Origin: a bacterium
GTDB taxonomy: Bacteria > Desulfobacterota > DSWW01
Assembly: GCA_040756235.1 (NCBI GenBank)
Contig: JBFLZG010000114.1
Coordinates: 73,125 to 137,124 of the forward strand
Length of the DNA: 64,000 nt
Direction: 5' to 3'
Shown here: positions 12,704 through 23,321 of the stretch, piece by piece
How positions within the stretch are numbered: position 1 is the first letter of the stretch
Layout of the letters: each line of letters starts with the position of its first letter
Notes under the pieces: model-generated
The model's input: only the letters and a program-made list of their open reading frames with translations
The model's database searches: none
Told to the model about the DNA's origin: nothing
Translations under genes and position numbers: made by a program

Positions 12704-14629
12704 ATGAAGTTCCGGACGACCGTGCTGGCTGCCCTGCTGCTCGCCCTGGTCGGGGCTTACGTGTACTATTTCGAGTACAAGAAGCCTCAGGAGAAGAAGA
12801 GCCGGGAGGAGAAGGAGAAGGCCGTCTTCGCGCTGGACTGGGACCGACTCTCCGGCCTGAAGATCGAAAACGCCCATGGTATTTTCGTCTTTGAGAAACA
12901 AGCGGCACAGCAGAAGCCGGAGGAGCCCTCCCCGGGGGCGGCGCAGCAGCAGGAGTGGCGCATCCGGGAGCCGGTGAAAGCCGATGCGGACAGCACCGGC
13001 ATGAACAGCCTGGTGAGCTCGCTGAAGGGCCTCCAGACACAGCAGGTGGTTGCCGAGGTTCCGGAAGATCCCGGAGTCTTCGGCCTCAAGCGGCCCCGAT
13101 TGAAGGTCCAAGTTCTGCTGAAGGAGGGCGAGTCGCCCCCGCCCCTTCTCATCGGTGACAAGAGCCCGGTCGGCCAGAACTCCTACGCCATGCGGGAGGG
13201 AGAATCTAAGGTCCTGCTGCTCAGTTCCAACCTGGAGACACAGCTGGACAAGCCGCTCATCGACTTCCGGGAAAAAAGGCTCTTCACTTTCAAGCGCGAA
13301 GACGCCGAGCAGCTCCGCATCTACCGCAAGGGCGAGCGCAGTCTGGAGCTGGAGAGAGAGGGCGCCGGGTGGAAGATTCGCTATCCGATCGAGGCCCGCG
13401 CTTCAGAGACCGAGGTGAACGAGCTCCTCAACAAGCTGACAACCCTCCGGGCTCACTCCTTTGCCGAAGAGGAGGCGCAGGATCTGAAGGCGTACGGGCT
13501 CTCCGATCCGCAGTGGAAGGTGGAGGTTGCCCTGGCCCCGGATCACGCGCTGGCCACCCTCCTGTTGGGAGAGGCACGCGGCGGTGAAGAGAAGACGGGG
13601 ACCATCTACGCGAAACGGGCCGAGAGGCCGGCGGTCGTCACCCTGCAGAGCGATCTGACCCAGACCCTCGAGCGAGAGCCGGAAGAGTTCCGGGAGAAGA
13701 AGGTCTTCCCGTTCAATACCTGGGAAGTGGCCAAGGCGGAGCTCGAATGGAAGGGTCAGAAGGCGACCCTTGTCAAAGCAGAGGGCAATCGCTGGCGCAT
13801 CACGGATCCGATCCAGGCCAGGGCAGACTCCGGGAAAGTCTCCTCCCTGCTGACGACCCTGAGCCGCCTGGAGGCGGATTCCTTTATCGAGGCCCCGGCG
13901 ACGGACAGCGGCCTGGCCGACTACGGACTCGCAGACCCGATCGCCAAGATGACGCTGCACAAGGAGGCGGAGAGGGAAGAACCGCAGGAGGAGGGGGAGG
14001 AGAAGGAAGAACAGCCGGAAGGGCAGGCTGAAGAGGGGTTTTTCAAGCTGGGAACGCTCCTTCTGGGCAAGGTCACGGCAGACGGCACGGAGAAGTGGTT
14101 TGCCGCGGTCGAAGGAGTCGGCACCGTCTTTTCCGTCCCGTCCGATCCGCTGCGGAGCGAGCTGCCCGGCGACGTGGAGGAGCTGCGGGACCACAAGCTT
14201 CTGAGCTTCTACAGATATCAGGTCGACTCCCTGGAGTCCCGGGGACCCGCCGGCACGTTCGCCCTCGCGCGCAAAGGGGAGGGCTGGGAAATCGAGAAAG
14301 GGGGATCCGGCAAGGCGGAAGACAAGAGCGTGAACCAGCTGCTCGATCTTCTTTCCGGGCTCGAGGTGCGGCGCTATGCCGAGGCCGCTCCTGCCGATCT
14401 CTCCGGCTACGGGCTGGCCATCCCCGAATACAGAATCTCGATCCGTCAGGAGCAGGAAACAGGAGGCGACGAGACGCTCGGAGTCCTTCTTCTCGCCGAC
14501 AGGGGGCCGGAAGGGGAACCGGACCTGGTTTACACCATGGAGGAAGGAGACGGCTGGATCGGGCTCATGGCCAAGGACACGAAGGACAAACTGGTGCAGG
14601 CACTGGCTCCTTTTGCCCCGAAACCTTGA
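12704..14629 (+). CDS. DUF4340 domain protein (about three repeats)
   Basis: N-terminal anchor; repeated W-x-I-x-x-P-x-x-A-x-A and YGL-x-x-P units; usual position after GldG. Confidence 0.8.
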   Translation: MKFRTTVLAALLLALVGAYVYYFEYKKPQEKKSREEKEKAVFALDWDRLSGLKIENAHGIFVFEKQAAQQKPEEPSPGAAQQQEWRIREPVKADADSTGMNSLVSSLKGLQTQQVVAEVPEDPGVFGLKRPRLKVQVLLKEGESPPPLLIGDKSPVGQNSYAMREGESKVLLLSSNLETQLDKPLIDFREKRLFTFKREDAEQLRIYRKGERSLELEREGAGWKIRYPIEARASETEVNELLNKLTTLRAHSFAEEEAQDLKAYGLSDPQWKVEVALAPDHALATLLLGEARGGEEKTGTIYAKRAERPAVVTLQSDLTQTLEREPEEFREKKVFPFNTWEVAKAELEWKGQKATLVKAEGNRWRITDPIQARADSGKVSSLLTTLSRLEADSFIEAPATDSGLADYGLADPIAKMTLHKEAEREEPQEEGEEKEEQPEGQAEEGFFKLGTLLLGKVTADGTEKWFAAVEGVGTVFSVPSDPLRSELPGDVEELRDHKLLSFYRYQVDSLESRGPAGTFALARKGEGWEIEKGGSGKAEDKSVNQLLDLLSGLEVRRYAEAAPADLSGYGLAIPEYRISIRQEQETGGDETLGVLLLADRGPEGEPDLVYTMEEGDGWIGLMAKDTKDKLVQALAPFAPKP

Positions 14630-14654
14630 CTCTCGTGAGGGGGATGCTTACTTT
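14626..14654 (+). promoter_or_regulatory. putative sigma70 promoter of dnaK
   Basis: TTGACT-N17-TACTTT, ending about 80 bp upstream of the dnaK ATG. Confidence 0.45.
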
Positions 14655-14736
14655 CACGAAGTCAAAAAATGTAAGAAAATACGGAAGATCCCCATTCTGA
14701 AGCAAGGGACGAATCTTCAAAAAGGAGCTGGTAGAA

Positions 14737-16653
14737 ATGGGAAAAATCATCGGCATCGACCTCGGGACGACGAACTCGGTGGTAGCGGTCATGGAGGGAG
14801 GCGATCCTGTCGTCATTCCCAACGAGGAAGGCGGTCGAACCACACCTTCGGTCGTGGGTTTCACGAAGGACGGGGAGCGCCTGGTCGGTCAGGTGGCGAA
14901 GCGCCAGGCCATCACGAATCCTCAGAACACGGTCTCTTCGATCAAGAGATTCATGGGTCGTCGTTTCAACGAGGTGACCGGCGAAATCGCCATGGTTCCC
15001 TACAAGGTGATCGCGGCCCCGAACCAGGACGTGCGCATCAAGATCCGGGACAAGGAGTTTTCGCCTCCCGAGATCTCCGCGCTCATTCTGCAGAAGCTCA
15101 GGGTGGCAGCGGAGAATTACCTCGGAGAGAAAGTGACGGACGCCGTCATCACGGTGCCGGCCTACTTCAACGACAGCCAGCGGCAGGCGACCAAGGACGC
15201 GGGAACCGTTGCGGGCCTGAATGTCCGCCGCATTATCAACGAGCCGACGGCGGCCGCGCTCGCCTATGGGCTCGACAAGAAGAGGGACGAGACGATTGCG
15301 GTCTACGACTTCGGCGGCGGCACCTTCGATATCTCCATCCTGGAGGTCGGGGACAACGTGGTGGAGGTCAAGGCGACCAACGGCAATACCCATCTGGGCG
15401 GGGACGACCTGGACCAGAGGATCATCGAGTGGATCGTCACCGAGTTCAAGAGGGACCAGGGAATCGATCTGAGCAAGGACCTGATGGCCCTGCAGCGGCT
15501 GAAGGAAGCGGCCGAGAAGGCCAAGGTCGAGCTTTCCTCCACGCAGGAGACGGAGATCAACCTCCCGTTCATCACGGCCGATGCCAGCGGGCCCAAACAC
15601 CTCAGCATGAAGCTGACGCGGGCCAAGTTCGAGCAGCTCGTCGATGACCTCATCCAGAAGAGCCTCGATCCCTGCCGGATGTGTCTCAAAGACGCGGGCC
15701 TCGCGCCCAAGGACATCGACGAAGTCGTCCTGGTGGGCGGGTCGACGCGCATTCCCAAGGTGCAGCAGGTCGTCCGGGAGCTGTTTGGCAAGGAGCCGAA
15801 CAAGAGCGTGAACCCGGACGAAGTGGTGGCCGTCGGCGCCGCGATCCAGGGCGGGGTGCTTGCGGGCGAGGTCAAGGACGTTCTCCTGCTCGATGTCACG
15901 CCTCTGTCGCTGGGCATCGAAACCCTGGGAGGCGTGATGACCCGGCTCATCGAGCGGAACACGACCATCCCCACCCGCAAGAGCGAGATCTTCTCCACTG
16001 CGGCCGACAACCAGACGAGCGTGGAGATCCACGTGCTGCAGGGAGAGCGGGACATGGCCAACGACAACAGGACCCTGGGCCGGTTCCATCTCGTCGGGAT
16101 CCCTGCTGCGCCGCGCGGCATGCCCCAGATCGAGGTGACGTTCGACATCGACGCGAACGGCATCCTCCATGTCTCGGCCAAGGACCTGGGCACGGGCAAA
16201 GAGCAGAAGATCACGGTCACGGCCTCGAGCGGCCTGGACAAGTCCGATATCAACAAGATGGTCGACGAAGCGTCTCGGCATGCAGACGAGGACAAGAAGA
16301 AGAGAGAGCGCGCCGAGGTCCGCAATCAGCTCGACAGTCTGGTCTACACCACGGAGAAGACCGTCAACGAGAACAAGGAAAAGCTGTCGGATGCCGATCG
16401 CAGGCCACTCGAGACGGCCCTGGAAGACGCCAAGAAGCTCTTGGAGCGGGCCGACAGTGCGGACGTTGCGGAGATGAAGCGGGCCATCGAGGAGTTGACC
16501 CGAGCTTCCCACAAGCTTGCCGAGGCGATGTACCAGCAGGCGGCTTCCCAGGGACGGACCGCCGACCGAGGCCAGGCCGCAGGCGGCGCCGGCGACGGCA
16601 AGGGCAAGGCCGACGAGGACGTCATCGACGCCGAGTACGAGGACGCAAAATAG
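14737..16653 (+). CDS. dnaK: molecular chaperone DnaK
   Basis: [36 protein letters not shown]-terminal DVIDAEYED. Confidence 0.98.
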   Translation: MGKIIGIDLGTTNSVVAVMEGGDPVVIPNEEGGRTTPSVVGFTKDGERLVGQVAKRQAITNPQNTVSSIKRFMGRRFNEVTGEIAMVPYKVIAAPNQDVRIKIRDKEFSPPEISALILQKLRVAAENYLGEKVTDAVITVPAYFNDSQRQATKDAGTVAGLNVRRIINEPTAAALAYGLDKKRDETIAVYDFGGGTFDISILEVGDNVVEVKATNGNTHLGGDDLDQRIIEWIVTEFKRDQGIDLSKDLMALQRLKEAAEKAKVELSSTQETEINLPFITADASGPKHLSMKLTRAKFEQLVDDLIQKSLDPCRMCLKDAGLAPKDIDEVVLVGGSTRIPKVQQVVRELFGKEPNKSVNPDEVVAVGAAIQGGVLAGEVKDVLLLDVTPLSLGIETLGGVMTRLIERNTTIPTRKSEIFSTAADNQTSVEIHVLQGERDMANDNRTLGRFHLVGIPAAPRGMPQIEVTFDIDANGILHVSAKDLGTGKEQKITVTASSGLDKSDINKMVDEASRHADEDKKKRERAEVRNQLDSLVYTTEKTVNENKEKLSDADRRPLETALEDAKKLLERADSADVAEMKRAIEELTRASHKLAEAMYQQAASQGRTADRGQAAGGAGDGKGKADEDVIDAEYEDAK

Positions 16654-16825
16654 AACACAATTCAGGCATCTTAGCCAACGAGAGGGTGCGCGAGACCCGC
16701 TCTCGAGAGGCCGCTGGGTGCAAGGCGGCGGGCAATCGACCACGAAGGAGGTTCGGAGCCTGTCCCGGAGAGGGCCGGGAACGAAAGACAGCGCGACGCT
16801 GCCGTGCATGCAGAGACAGAGCCGG

Positions 16826-16863
16826 GGGGGGGCGTGCGACGACTCGCGCCTCCCTCGTTTTTT
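16826..16863 (+). terminator. possible intrinsic terminator after dnaK
   Basis: Imperfect G/C hairpin GGGGGCGTGCGA-CGAC-TCGCGCCTCCC followed by T6. Confidence 0.45.
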
Positions 16864-16936
16864 CGGAGTCCTGATCCGGGAACACGGCTCGTGAGCTCGC
16901 CATCTGTGTCCAGCATCTTCGTTTCCCGAACGCTGA

Positions 16937-16965
16937 GGAACCTTTTCGGGCGGGCAGATATCGAA
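16937..16965 (+). promoter_or_regulatory. possible ECF (RpoE-like) promoter of htpX
   Basis: GGAACCT-N17-TCGAA resembles the GGAACTT...TCAAA consensus and lies directly upstream of a membrane-stress protease gene. Confidence 0.35.
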
Positions 16966-16990
16966 TTTCATGACTCTTTAGGAGGAAAAA

Positions 16991-17842
16991 ATGGGCAACA
17001 CCCTGAAGACCACCTTGCTTCTGGGGCTCTTGACCGGCCTGATCCTGTGGATCGGGGGATATCTGGGCGGCCGATCAGGGATGATGATTGCGTTCGTGTT
17101 CGCCCTGGCCATGAACCTCGGCTCGTACTGGTTCTCCGACAAGATCGTCCTGGCCATGTACAGGGCCCGGCAGGTGGATCCGCAGCAGGCTCCCGGGCTC
17201 TACCGTATGGTGGAGCGACTGGCCCAGAGAGCGGAGCTGCCGATGCCGCGGGTCTTCGTGATTCCCTCGGATTCTCCGAATGCATTTGCCACCGGCCGGA
17301 ATCCTCGCCATGCGGTGGTTGCCGTCACCCAGGGAATTCTGAAGCTGATGAGGGACGAAGAGCTGGAAGGCGTTCTCGCCCATGAGCTGGCCCACGTCAA
17401 GGACCGCGACATCCTGATCAGCACGATCGCCGCGACCATGGCTGGCGCCGTCATGATGCTGGCCAGCATGGCGCGCTGGACCGCGATTTTCGGCGGGTTC
17501 GGCGGACGGGATGACGAAGATCGGGGTGGCGGCATCTTCGGGCTCCTCTTCATGGCCATCCTCGCCCCGCTTGCGGCCATGCTGATCCAGCTCGCCATCT
17601 CGAGGACGCGCGAGTACCAGGCAGATGCGGAAGGAGCCAGGATCGCCGGACAGCCTTATGGGCTGGCCAGTGCCCTCGAGAAGCTCGGTCTGGCGACGCA
17701 ACGTATCCCGCTGCAGGCCAATCCGGCCACCTCGCACCTGTTCATCGTGAACCCGTTGACCGGTAAGAGTCTCCAGTCTCTGTTCAGCACCCACCCGCCG
17801 CTCGAAGAAAGGATTCGGCGGCTCCGCGGGACCGCCGCATAG
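16991..17842 (+). CDS. htpX: zinc metalloprotease HtpX
   Basis: [15 protein letters not shown] (HExxH), [28 protein letters not shown]. Confidence 0.95.
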   Translation: MGNTLKTTLLLGLLTGLILWIGGYLGGRSGMMIAFVFALAMNLGSYWFSDKIVLAMYRARQVDPQQAPGLYRMVERLAQRAELPMPRVFVIPSDSPNAFATGRNPRHAVVAVTQGILKLMRDEELEGVLAHELAHVKDRDILISTIAATMAGAVMMLASMARWTAIFGGFGGRDDEDRGGGIFGLLFMAILAPLAAMLIQLAISRTREYQADAEGARIAGQPYGLASALEKLGLATQRIPLQANPATSHLFIVNPLTGKSLQSLFSTHPPLEERIRRLRGTAA

Positions 17843-18084
17843 GAGGCTGTCCGTAAATGCCCATCTGCTGCGTTGCACTCATGGCGCATGGAGGCGAGGG
17901 GAGCCTGCCCCGGCGAAGGCCGGGGTCCACTATACTTCTACGTACGCCTCATTCCTCAGGATTTGACTCGCGCCGTCCATGGCGCTCGCCCGTCGGGCGC
18001 ATCATCCTGGCGGATGGTGCGTCCAATTCCGCTGTCCTGCGGAATTGTCCTGCGCCTAGCATCTGGACATTTCTGAACAGCCCC
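17843..18084 (+). mobile_element. MITE-like element, full length with nested hairpin modules
   Basis: Imperfect ~26-bp terminal inverted repeats: GAGGCTGTCCGTAAATGCCCATCTGC and, as reverse complement, GGGGCTGTTCAGAAATGTCCAGATGC. Homologous to the copies at 26665, 32074 and 63891. Starts right after the htpX TAG. Confidence 0.8.
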
Positions 18085-18203
18085 CCGGAGCCAAATCTTT
18101 TGGACGGGCTCCTGGACTGGCTAGGCTAGGTCTGCGTAGGAGCAGACCCGCTCCAGAAGTTGCTGGAGGTCCGTTCCAGGAAATCAAAGGGGGACCCTGT
18201 GCC

Positions 18204-18659
18204 ATGAGCAAGGAAGAGCAGCAGGACAAGGGCTTTCGCGTCAGTGACCGGCGGCGAAGATCCTCGGTGGAAGGCGCTGCGGGAGGTGCCGGCAAGGAAG
18301 GCGAGCACCAGCATGCGACCGGCGCGTCCGAGGCTCCGGCGCAGGCTGGTGAGCGGGAGCCGGGTGCCCGAACGGAGGGCGAGCGGGAAAGAAAGCAATC
18401 CAGGGAGCTCCCGCCTGTCAATTTTTCCACTTTCGTCCTGTCCTTGAGCAGCTCGGTGCTGGTGCATCTGGGCCTGGCCGAGGACCCCGTCTCCGGAAGC
18501 GTCCAACGCGACCTGGACCTGGCCCGCCAGACGATCGACCTCTTGGGCATGTTGAAGGACAAGACCCGGGGAAATCTCTCGGAGGATGAAGGCCATTTGA
18601 TGGACGGCATTTTGTATGACCTTCGTATGCGCTACGTGGAAGAGAAGAAAAAGGAGTGA
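18204..18659 (+). CDS. DUF1844 domain protein
   Basis: FRVSDRRR N-terminus; FSTFVLSL, ARQTIDLLGMLKDKTRGNL, LYDLRMRYV. Confidence 0.85.
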   Translation: MSKEEQQDKGFRVSDRRRRSSVEGAAGGAGKEGEHQHATGASEAPAQAGEREPGARTEGERERKQSRELPPVNFSTFVLSLSSSVLVHLGLAEDPVSGSVQRDLDLARQTIDLLGMLKDKTRGNLSEDEGHLMDGILYDLRMRYVEEKKKE

Positions 18660-18720
18660 TGCTGAATCCTGAAGCGGATCTGGGGGACGCAACCGGACGC
18701 GTCTGGTGCAAAGGAGTTGA

Positions 18721-20280
18721 ATGATGAGCAATCGATGGAGAAAGTGGGTCGGCGCCTTTTTGATCCTGATCGTCGGGCTGCTTGCAGGGCTCATCCTGTC
18801 GGCGCAGCTCGACGGAACGCAAAAGCTGGAAGCACTCTTGGGCATCGGAGAAGAGGAGAAGCCGGCCGTCAAGCCGCCGAACGCACAGGTCCCGCAAGCC
18901 GGGCCGGAGGCCGCCCAGACTGACGGCGAAACGGTCTGCCTGCCCGATTTCGGCAAACTGGCCGAGAAGATCGACCCGGCCGTCGTCAACATCAGCACCA
19001 CGGAGACGGTCAAGGGCCGCACCCTGGGGCGCGGTTTCGGCGGGCGCGAGGGGCCGCCCAGGGGTTTCGGGCCGGAGCAGCCCCAGGATCCCTTCGAGGA
19101 GTTCTTCGAGCGGTTCTTCGGCGGGATCAATCCCTACGGCGACATGAAGCGCCAGAGTCTGGGAAGCGGGTTCATCATCGAAAGCGGCGGCTATATCCTG
19201 ACCAACCACCACGTGGTGAAGGACGCCGACTCCATCACGGTCATCTTCCGGGACGAGACCGAGACGCAGGCCAAGGTGGTCGGCAAGGACCCCAAGACCG
19301 ATATCGCCCTGATCAAGGTGGATGTGGACCGGGCTCTTCCCGTCGCCAAGCTGGGGAACTCGGACACCTTGAAGGAGGGAGACTGGGTGCTGGCGATCGG
19401 CAACCCCTTCGGCCTCAAGTACACCCTGACGGCCGGCATCGTCAGCGCCAAAGGGAGGGAAATCGGTGCCGGCCCTTATGACGACTTCATTCAGACCGAT
19501 GCCTCCATCAACCCGGGCAACAGCGGAGGCCCTCTCATGAACCTCAAAGGGGAGGTCGTGGGGATCAATACGGCGATCGTGGCCGGGGGCGCCGGAATCG
19601 GCTTTGCCATCCCGATCAACGTTGCTCAGGACATCCTTCCCCAGTTGCGGGAAAAAGGCCGCGTATCGCGAGGGTGGCTGGGTGTTATGATCCAGCGGAT
19701 CACGCCGGAGCTGGCCAAGTCGTTCGGGCTGGCCAAGCCGGTTGGCGCGCTGGTTTCGGAAGTGACTCAGGGCGGCCCGGCGGAGGATGCCGGGCTGGAG
19801 CGCGGCGACGTGATCATCGAGCTCGAGGGCCAGAAGGTGGAGCGCTTCAACGACCTTCCCAAGATGGTGGCGGCCGTGCCTCCCGGAACGACCGTCGAGC
19901 TCAAGGTCCTGCGCAAAGGGAAAGAGAAGACCGTCCGGACCAAGCTCGGCGAGCTTCCCGAGGAAGGAGAGGCTCCGGAGCCGGCCCAGGGCGGCGGAGA
20001 AAACCTCGGGCTCGAGCTGCAGGAGGTCACTCCCAACATCGCTCGTTCGCTGGGACTGTCGTCGGACAAGGGACTGGTCGTCACGGGCGTGGATCCGGAG
20101 AGCGCAGCGGCACAGTCCGGGATCCGGAGAGGAGACATCATCCTGGAGGTCAATCAGAAAGAAGTGGCGACCCTGGCCGAATTCCAGAAGCAGGTGCAGG
20201 AGACGAAGCCGGGCCAGATGATGCTGTTCCTCGTGAAGCGGCAGGAAGGGTCTTTGTACGTCGCCGTCGAGAAGAAATAG
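18721..20280 (+). CDS. Do/DegQ family periplasmic serine endoprotease
   Basis: Signal/TM segment, QSLGSGFII, TNHHVV, IQTDASINPGNSGGPL, two PDZ domains. Confidence 0.95.
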   Translation: MMSNRWRKWVGAFLILIVGLLAGLILSAQLDGTQKLEALLGIGEEEKPAVKPPNAQVPQAGPEAAQTDGETVCLPDFGKLAEKIDPAVVNISTTETVKGRTLGRGFGGREGPPRGFGPEQPQDPFEEFFERFFGGINPYGDMKRQSLGSGFIIESGGYILTNHHVVKDADSITVIFRDETETQAKVVGKDPKTDIALIKVDVDRALPVAKLGNSDTLKEGDWVLAIGNPFGLKYTLTAGIVSAKGREIGAGPYDDFIQTDASINPGNSGGPLMNLKGEVVGINTAIVAGGAGIGFAIPINVAQDILPQLREKGRVSRGWLGVMIQRITPELAKSFGLAKPVGALVSEVTQGGPAEDAGLERGDVIIELEGQKVERFNDLPKMVAAVPPGTTVELKVLRKGKEKTVRTKLGELPEEGEAPEPAQGGGENLGLELQEVTPNIARSLGLSSDKGLVVTGVDPESAAAQSGIRRGDIILEVNQKEVATLAEFQKQVQETKPGQMMLFLVKRQEGSLYVAVEKK

Positions 20281-20306
20281 TTCTGACGGCGCGAAACACT
20301 TCAAAC

Positions 20307-20346
20307 AAAAATCCCTCTGGTCCATTGAGACCAGAGGGATTTTTTT
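20307..20346. terminator. bidirectional rho-independent terminator
   Basis: AAAAATCCCTCTGGTC-CATTGA-GACCAGAGGGATTTTT with A and T tails, between convergent genes. Confidence 0.88.
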
Positions 20347-20392
20347 CTTGATGCCCGCGTGCAGCCTCAGACCTGACCGGGAGCTGAAGGCC

Positions 20393-21676
20393 TCACACCG
20401 TCTCGATCAGCATGGCCATCCCCTGACCCCCGCCGATGCACAGCGAGGCCAATCCCAGCGACAGGCCGTTCCTTCGAAGCTCGTGGAGCAGGGTCACAAG
20501 GATCCTTGCGCCGGTGCAGCCGATCGGGTGCCCCAGGGAGACGCCGCTGCCGTGTACGTTGGTCTTCTCCATGTCCAGGCCGAGCTCTCGGACGCAGGCG
20601 ATGGCCTGGGAGGCGAACGCCTCGTTCAGCTCGAAGCGATCCACGCGTGAGAGGGAGACGCCGGTCTTCTTGAGGAGCTTGCGGACGGCCGGGATCGGGC
20701 CGAGGCCCATGAAAGCCGGGTCCAATCCTCCGGAAGCATATCCGAGGATTCGTGCAAGAGGCTTGATACGGAGCTCGGCGGCCTTGTTGCGGCTCATGAG
20801 GACGAGCGCGGCGGCGGCGTCGTTGATGCCGGACGCGTTGCCTGCCGTGACCGTGCCCTCCTTGGTGAATGCGGGAGGCAGGCGCGACATCTTCTCGAGG
20901 GTCGTGTCCATGGGCCTCTCGTCCGTGGCGAACCGGATCGGCTCTTTCTTCTTCTGAAGGATTTCGATCGGCACGATCTCCTGAGCGAAGATCCCGTCCT
21001 GGATCGCCTTCCTGGCGCGCTGGTGGCTCAGCAGGCCCAGCCGGTCCTGCTCCTCGCGCGTGATCCGGTAGGTCTTCGCGATGTTTTCCGCCGTCAGGCC
21101 CATGTGGTAGCCGTAGAAGATCTCCCAGAGGCCATCGTGCACCATCAGGTCGATCATCTCCTTGTTGAACATCCTGCCGCCCCAACGGCCGTCGGGAAGG
21201 GCGTAGGGGATGCAGCTCATGTTCTCCATGCCTCCGGCGACCACGACGTCGGCCATTCCCGCGCGGATCGACTGGTCGGCCAGCGCCACCGCCTTCATTC
21301 CCGACGCGCAGACCTTGCTCACCGCGAAGGCCGTGGTCTCCACGGGCATGCCCGCCCGCACGCTCGCCTGGCGCGCCGGGTTCTGCCCCTGGCCGGCGCC
21401 GACCACGTTGCCCATGATCACTTCGTCCACCCAGACCGGAGCCAGATCCTCGGCCCAAGGCTCCGCCTTCTTCTCCGGCGCGCAGGGGCCCAGTCCCTTC
21501 AAGGGCTCAGGCCCGAAGGAGCGCTGCTCCGCCGACACCGCAGGCCTCAGGCCTGCGTTTTCCATGGCCTTGCGGATGACGCGGGCGCCGAGATCGACGA
21601 CCGGAACCTCCTTGAGCGTGCCGCCGAAACCGCCGATTGCCGTTCGGATGCCTGCAACGATGACGACCTCTTCCAT
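20393..21676 (-). CDS. acetyl-CoA C-acyltransferase (thiolase) with an N-domain insertion
   Basis: [23 protein letters not shown]. Start at ATG 21676 (MEEVVIV) with GGAGG. Confidence 0.93.
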   Translation of the reverse strand: MEEVVIVAGIRTAIGGFGGTLKEVPVVDLGARVIRKAMENAGLRPAVSAEQRSFGPEPLKGLGPCAPEKKAEPWAEDLAPVWVDEVIMGNVVGAGQGQNPARQASVRAGMPVETTAFAVSKVCASGMKAVALADQSIRAGMADVVVAGGMENMSCIPYALPDGRWGGRMFNKEMIDLMVHDGLWEIFYGYHMGLTAENIAKTYRITREEQDRLGLLSHQRARKAIQDGIFAQEIVPIEILQKKKEPIRFATDERPMDTTLEKMSRLPPAFTKEGTVTAGNASGINDAAAALVLMSRNKAAELRIKPLARILGYASGGLDPAFMGLGPIPAVRKLLKKTGVSLSRVDRFELNEAFASQAIACVRELGLDMEKTNVHGSGVSLGHPIGCTGARILVTLLHELRRNGLSLGLASLCIGGGQGMAMLIETV

Positions 21677-21764
21677 GATAACCCTCCTCCCTTCTCCCAA
21701 CCGCTTGTGCTCTCCCGTCCGGGAAGAACCCCGCTGTCCTGTTCCGGTTCGTGCCTGCCCGATG

Positions 21765-22943
21765 TCAACAGCTCTCGACGATCAGGCTTACAGCTTCTCC
21801 TCCGCCCAGGCAGAGGCTCGCCATTCCCCGGCGCGCACCCTCCCGTTTCATGGCATGCAGGAGGGTCACCAACACCCGGGCGCCGCTGGCTCCGATCGGG
21901 TGACCCAACGCAATGGCGCCTCCGTGAATATTCACACGCGCCGGATCGAGGGCCAGCTCGCGCAGGACGGCCACCGTGGAGGAAGCGAATGCTTCGTTGA
22001 CCTCGTGGAGATCAATGTCGGAAGCCCGCAGACCGGCCTTCTTCAACACCTTCGGAATCGAAAGGATCGGCGCGACCAGCACGTACTTGGGGTCCAGGCC
22101 GCTCGACCCTTGCGCTCCGACCCGGGCCATGGGCCGGACGCCGAGACGGTCCGCCACCTCTTCGGCGAGGCATACGACGGCCGCGGCGCCGTCGCTGATC
22201 TTGGACGAATTGCCCGCCGTCACCATCCCGTCCTTCTTGAACGCGGGGCGAAGCCTGGAGAGCGCCTCGAGCGTGGTCTCGCGGGCGACTTCATCCTTTT
22301 CGAAGACGCCAGGCGGGCCCTTGGCCTGGGGGACCTCGACCGGCACGATCTCGTCGCGGAAGTGTCCGGCGCGGATCGACTGAAGGACCTTCTCGTAAGA
22401 GCCCAGCGCAAACCGGTCCATCTCCTCCCGGCTCACACCGTACTTTTGCGCACAGAGCTCGGCGCTCACGCCCATGTGGAAATCGTTGTTGATGTCCCAC
22501 AGGCCGTCCTGCAGCATGCCGTCGACGAGCTTTCCGTGCCCCATTCGATAGCCGCTCCGCGCGCGGTCCAGGAGGTAGGGGCAGCGGTTCATGTTCTCCA
22601 TGCCCCCGGCGATGACCACGTCGGCATCTCCGGTCTGGATCGCTTGGGCGGCCAGCATGACGGCTTTCAGCCCCGAGCCGCAGACCTTGTTGACGGTGAT
22701 GCAGCCGACCTCCCAGGGCATGCCCGCCTGGATGGCAGCCTGTCTGGCCGGGTTCTGGCCGAGACCATGGGGCAGGACGTTGCCCATGATGACCTCGTCC
22801 ACCCGCTCTTTCGGAATCCCCGCGCGCCGCAGGGACTCGGTCATGACAATGGCGCCCAGCCGGGTGGCGGACACCGATGCAAGAGCCCCGTTGAAGTCTC
22901 CGATGGCGGTGCGCACGGCGCCTGCAAGGACGACTCTTCTCAC
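21765..22943 (-). CDS. acetyl-CoA C-acetyltransferase (thiolase)
   Basis: [26 protein letters not shown]. Start trimmed to GTG 22943 after AGGAG. Confidence 0.93.
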   Translation of the reverse strand: MRRVVLAGAVRTAIGDFNGALASVSATRLGAIVMTESLRRAGIPKERVDEVIMGNVLPHGLGQNPARQAAIQAGMPWEVGCITVNKVCGSGLKAVMLAAQAIQTGDADVVIAGGMENMNRCPYLLDRARSGYRMGHGKLVDGMLQDGLWDINNDFHMGVSAELCAQKYGVSREEMDRFALGSYEKVLQSIRAGHFRDEIVPVEVPQAKGPPGVFEKDEVARETTLEALSRLRPAFKKDGMVTAGNSSKISDGAAAVVCLAEEVADRLGVRPMARVGAQGSSGLDPKYVLVAPILSIPKVLKKAGLRASDIDLHEVNEAFASSTVAVLRELALDPARVNIHGGAIALGHPIGASGARVLVTLLHAMKREGARRGMASLCLGGGEAVSLIVESC

Positions 22944-23196
22944 GATTTTCTCCTGTTTCTTGGATGAACGAAACAAACCCTCGGATGGGTCGACGGATCG
23001 GGGAGGAGACGGGAGGTACGCAGTGAAGAGCTTACCTGCAAGCGCTCGAGAGGTCAAGGTCGGGCGCAAGGATCGCGTGAGGGGTCCGGCGCGCGGCACC
23101 CCGGGGCGGGGCTGCGATGGCCGGCGCGGGCCCGGACGGGCTTTCGATCCCAGTCTCACTGCCGCGACAAATCGGTACAAAACGCTGAAAGTTTCG

Positions 23197-23226
23197 TTGA
23201 CATGATTTTTAAGATAATGTTAGTTT
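23197..23226 (+). promoter_or_regulatory. putative sigma70 promoter of the DUF1302 operon
   Basis: TTGACA-N18-TAGTTT with a TG extended -10, in an AT-rich patch. Confidence 0.5.
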
Positions 23227-23321
23227 CCGCTCAGTCACCTGGGGCGAAAAACCGTTCGCTTCAAGGGATCCGCTCCTGAGGGGTCCGGAACGCCAGCGAC
23301 CGAGTTAGGGGGGGACAGAAC

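Noticed and set aside
14662..16971. 769-aa ORF antisense to dnaK
   Set aside because: Long antisense frames opposite dnaK are a known codon-bias artefact; no recognisable motifs.
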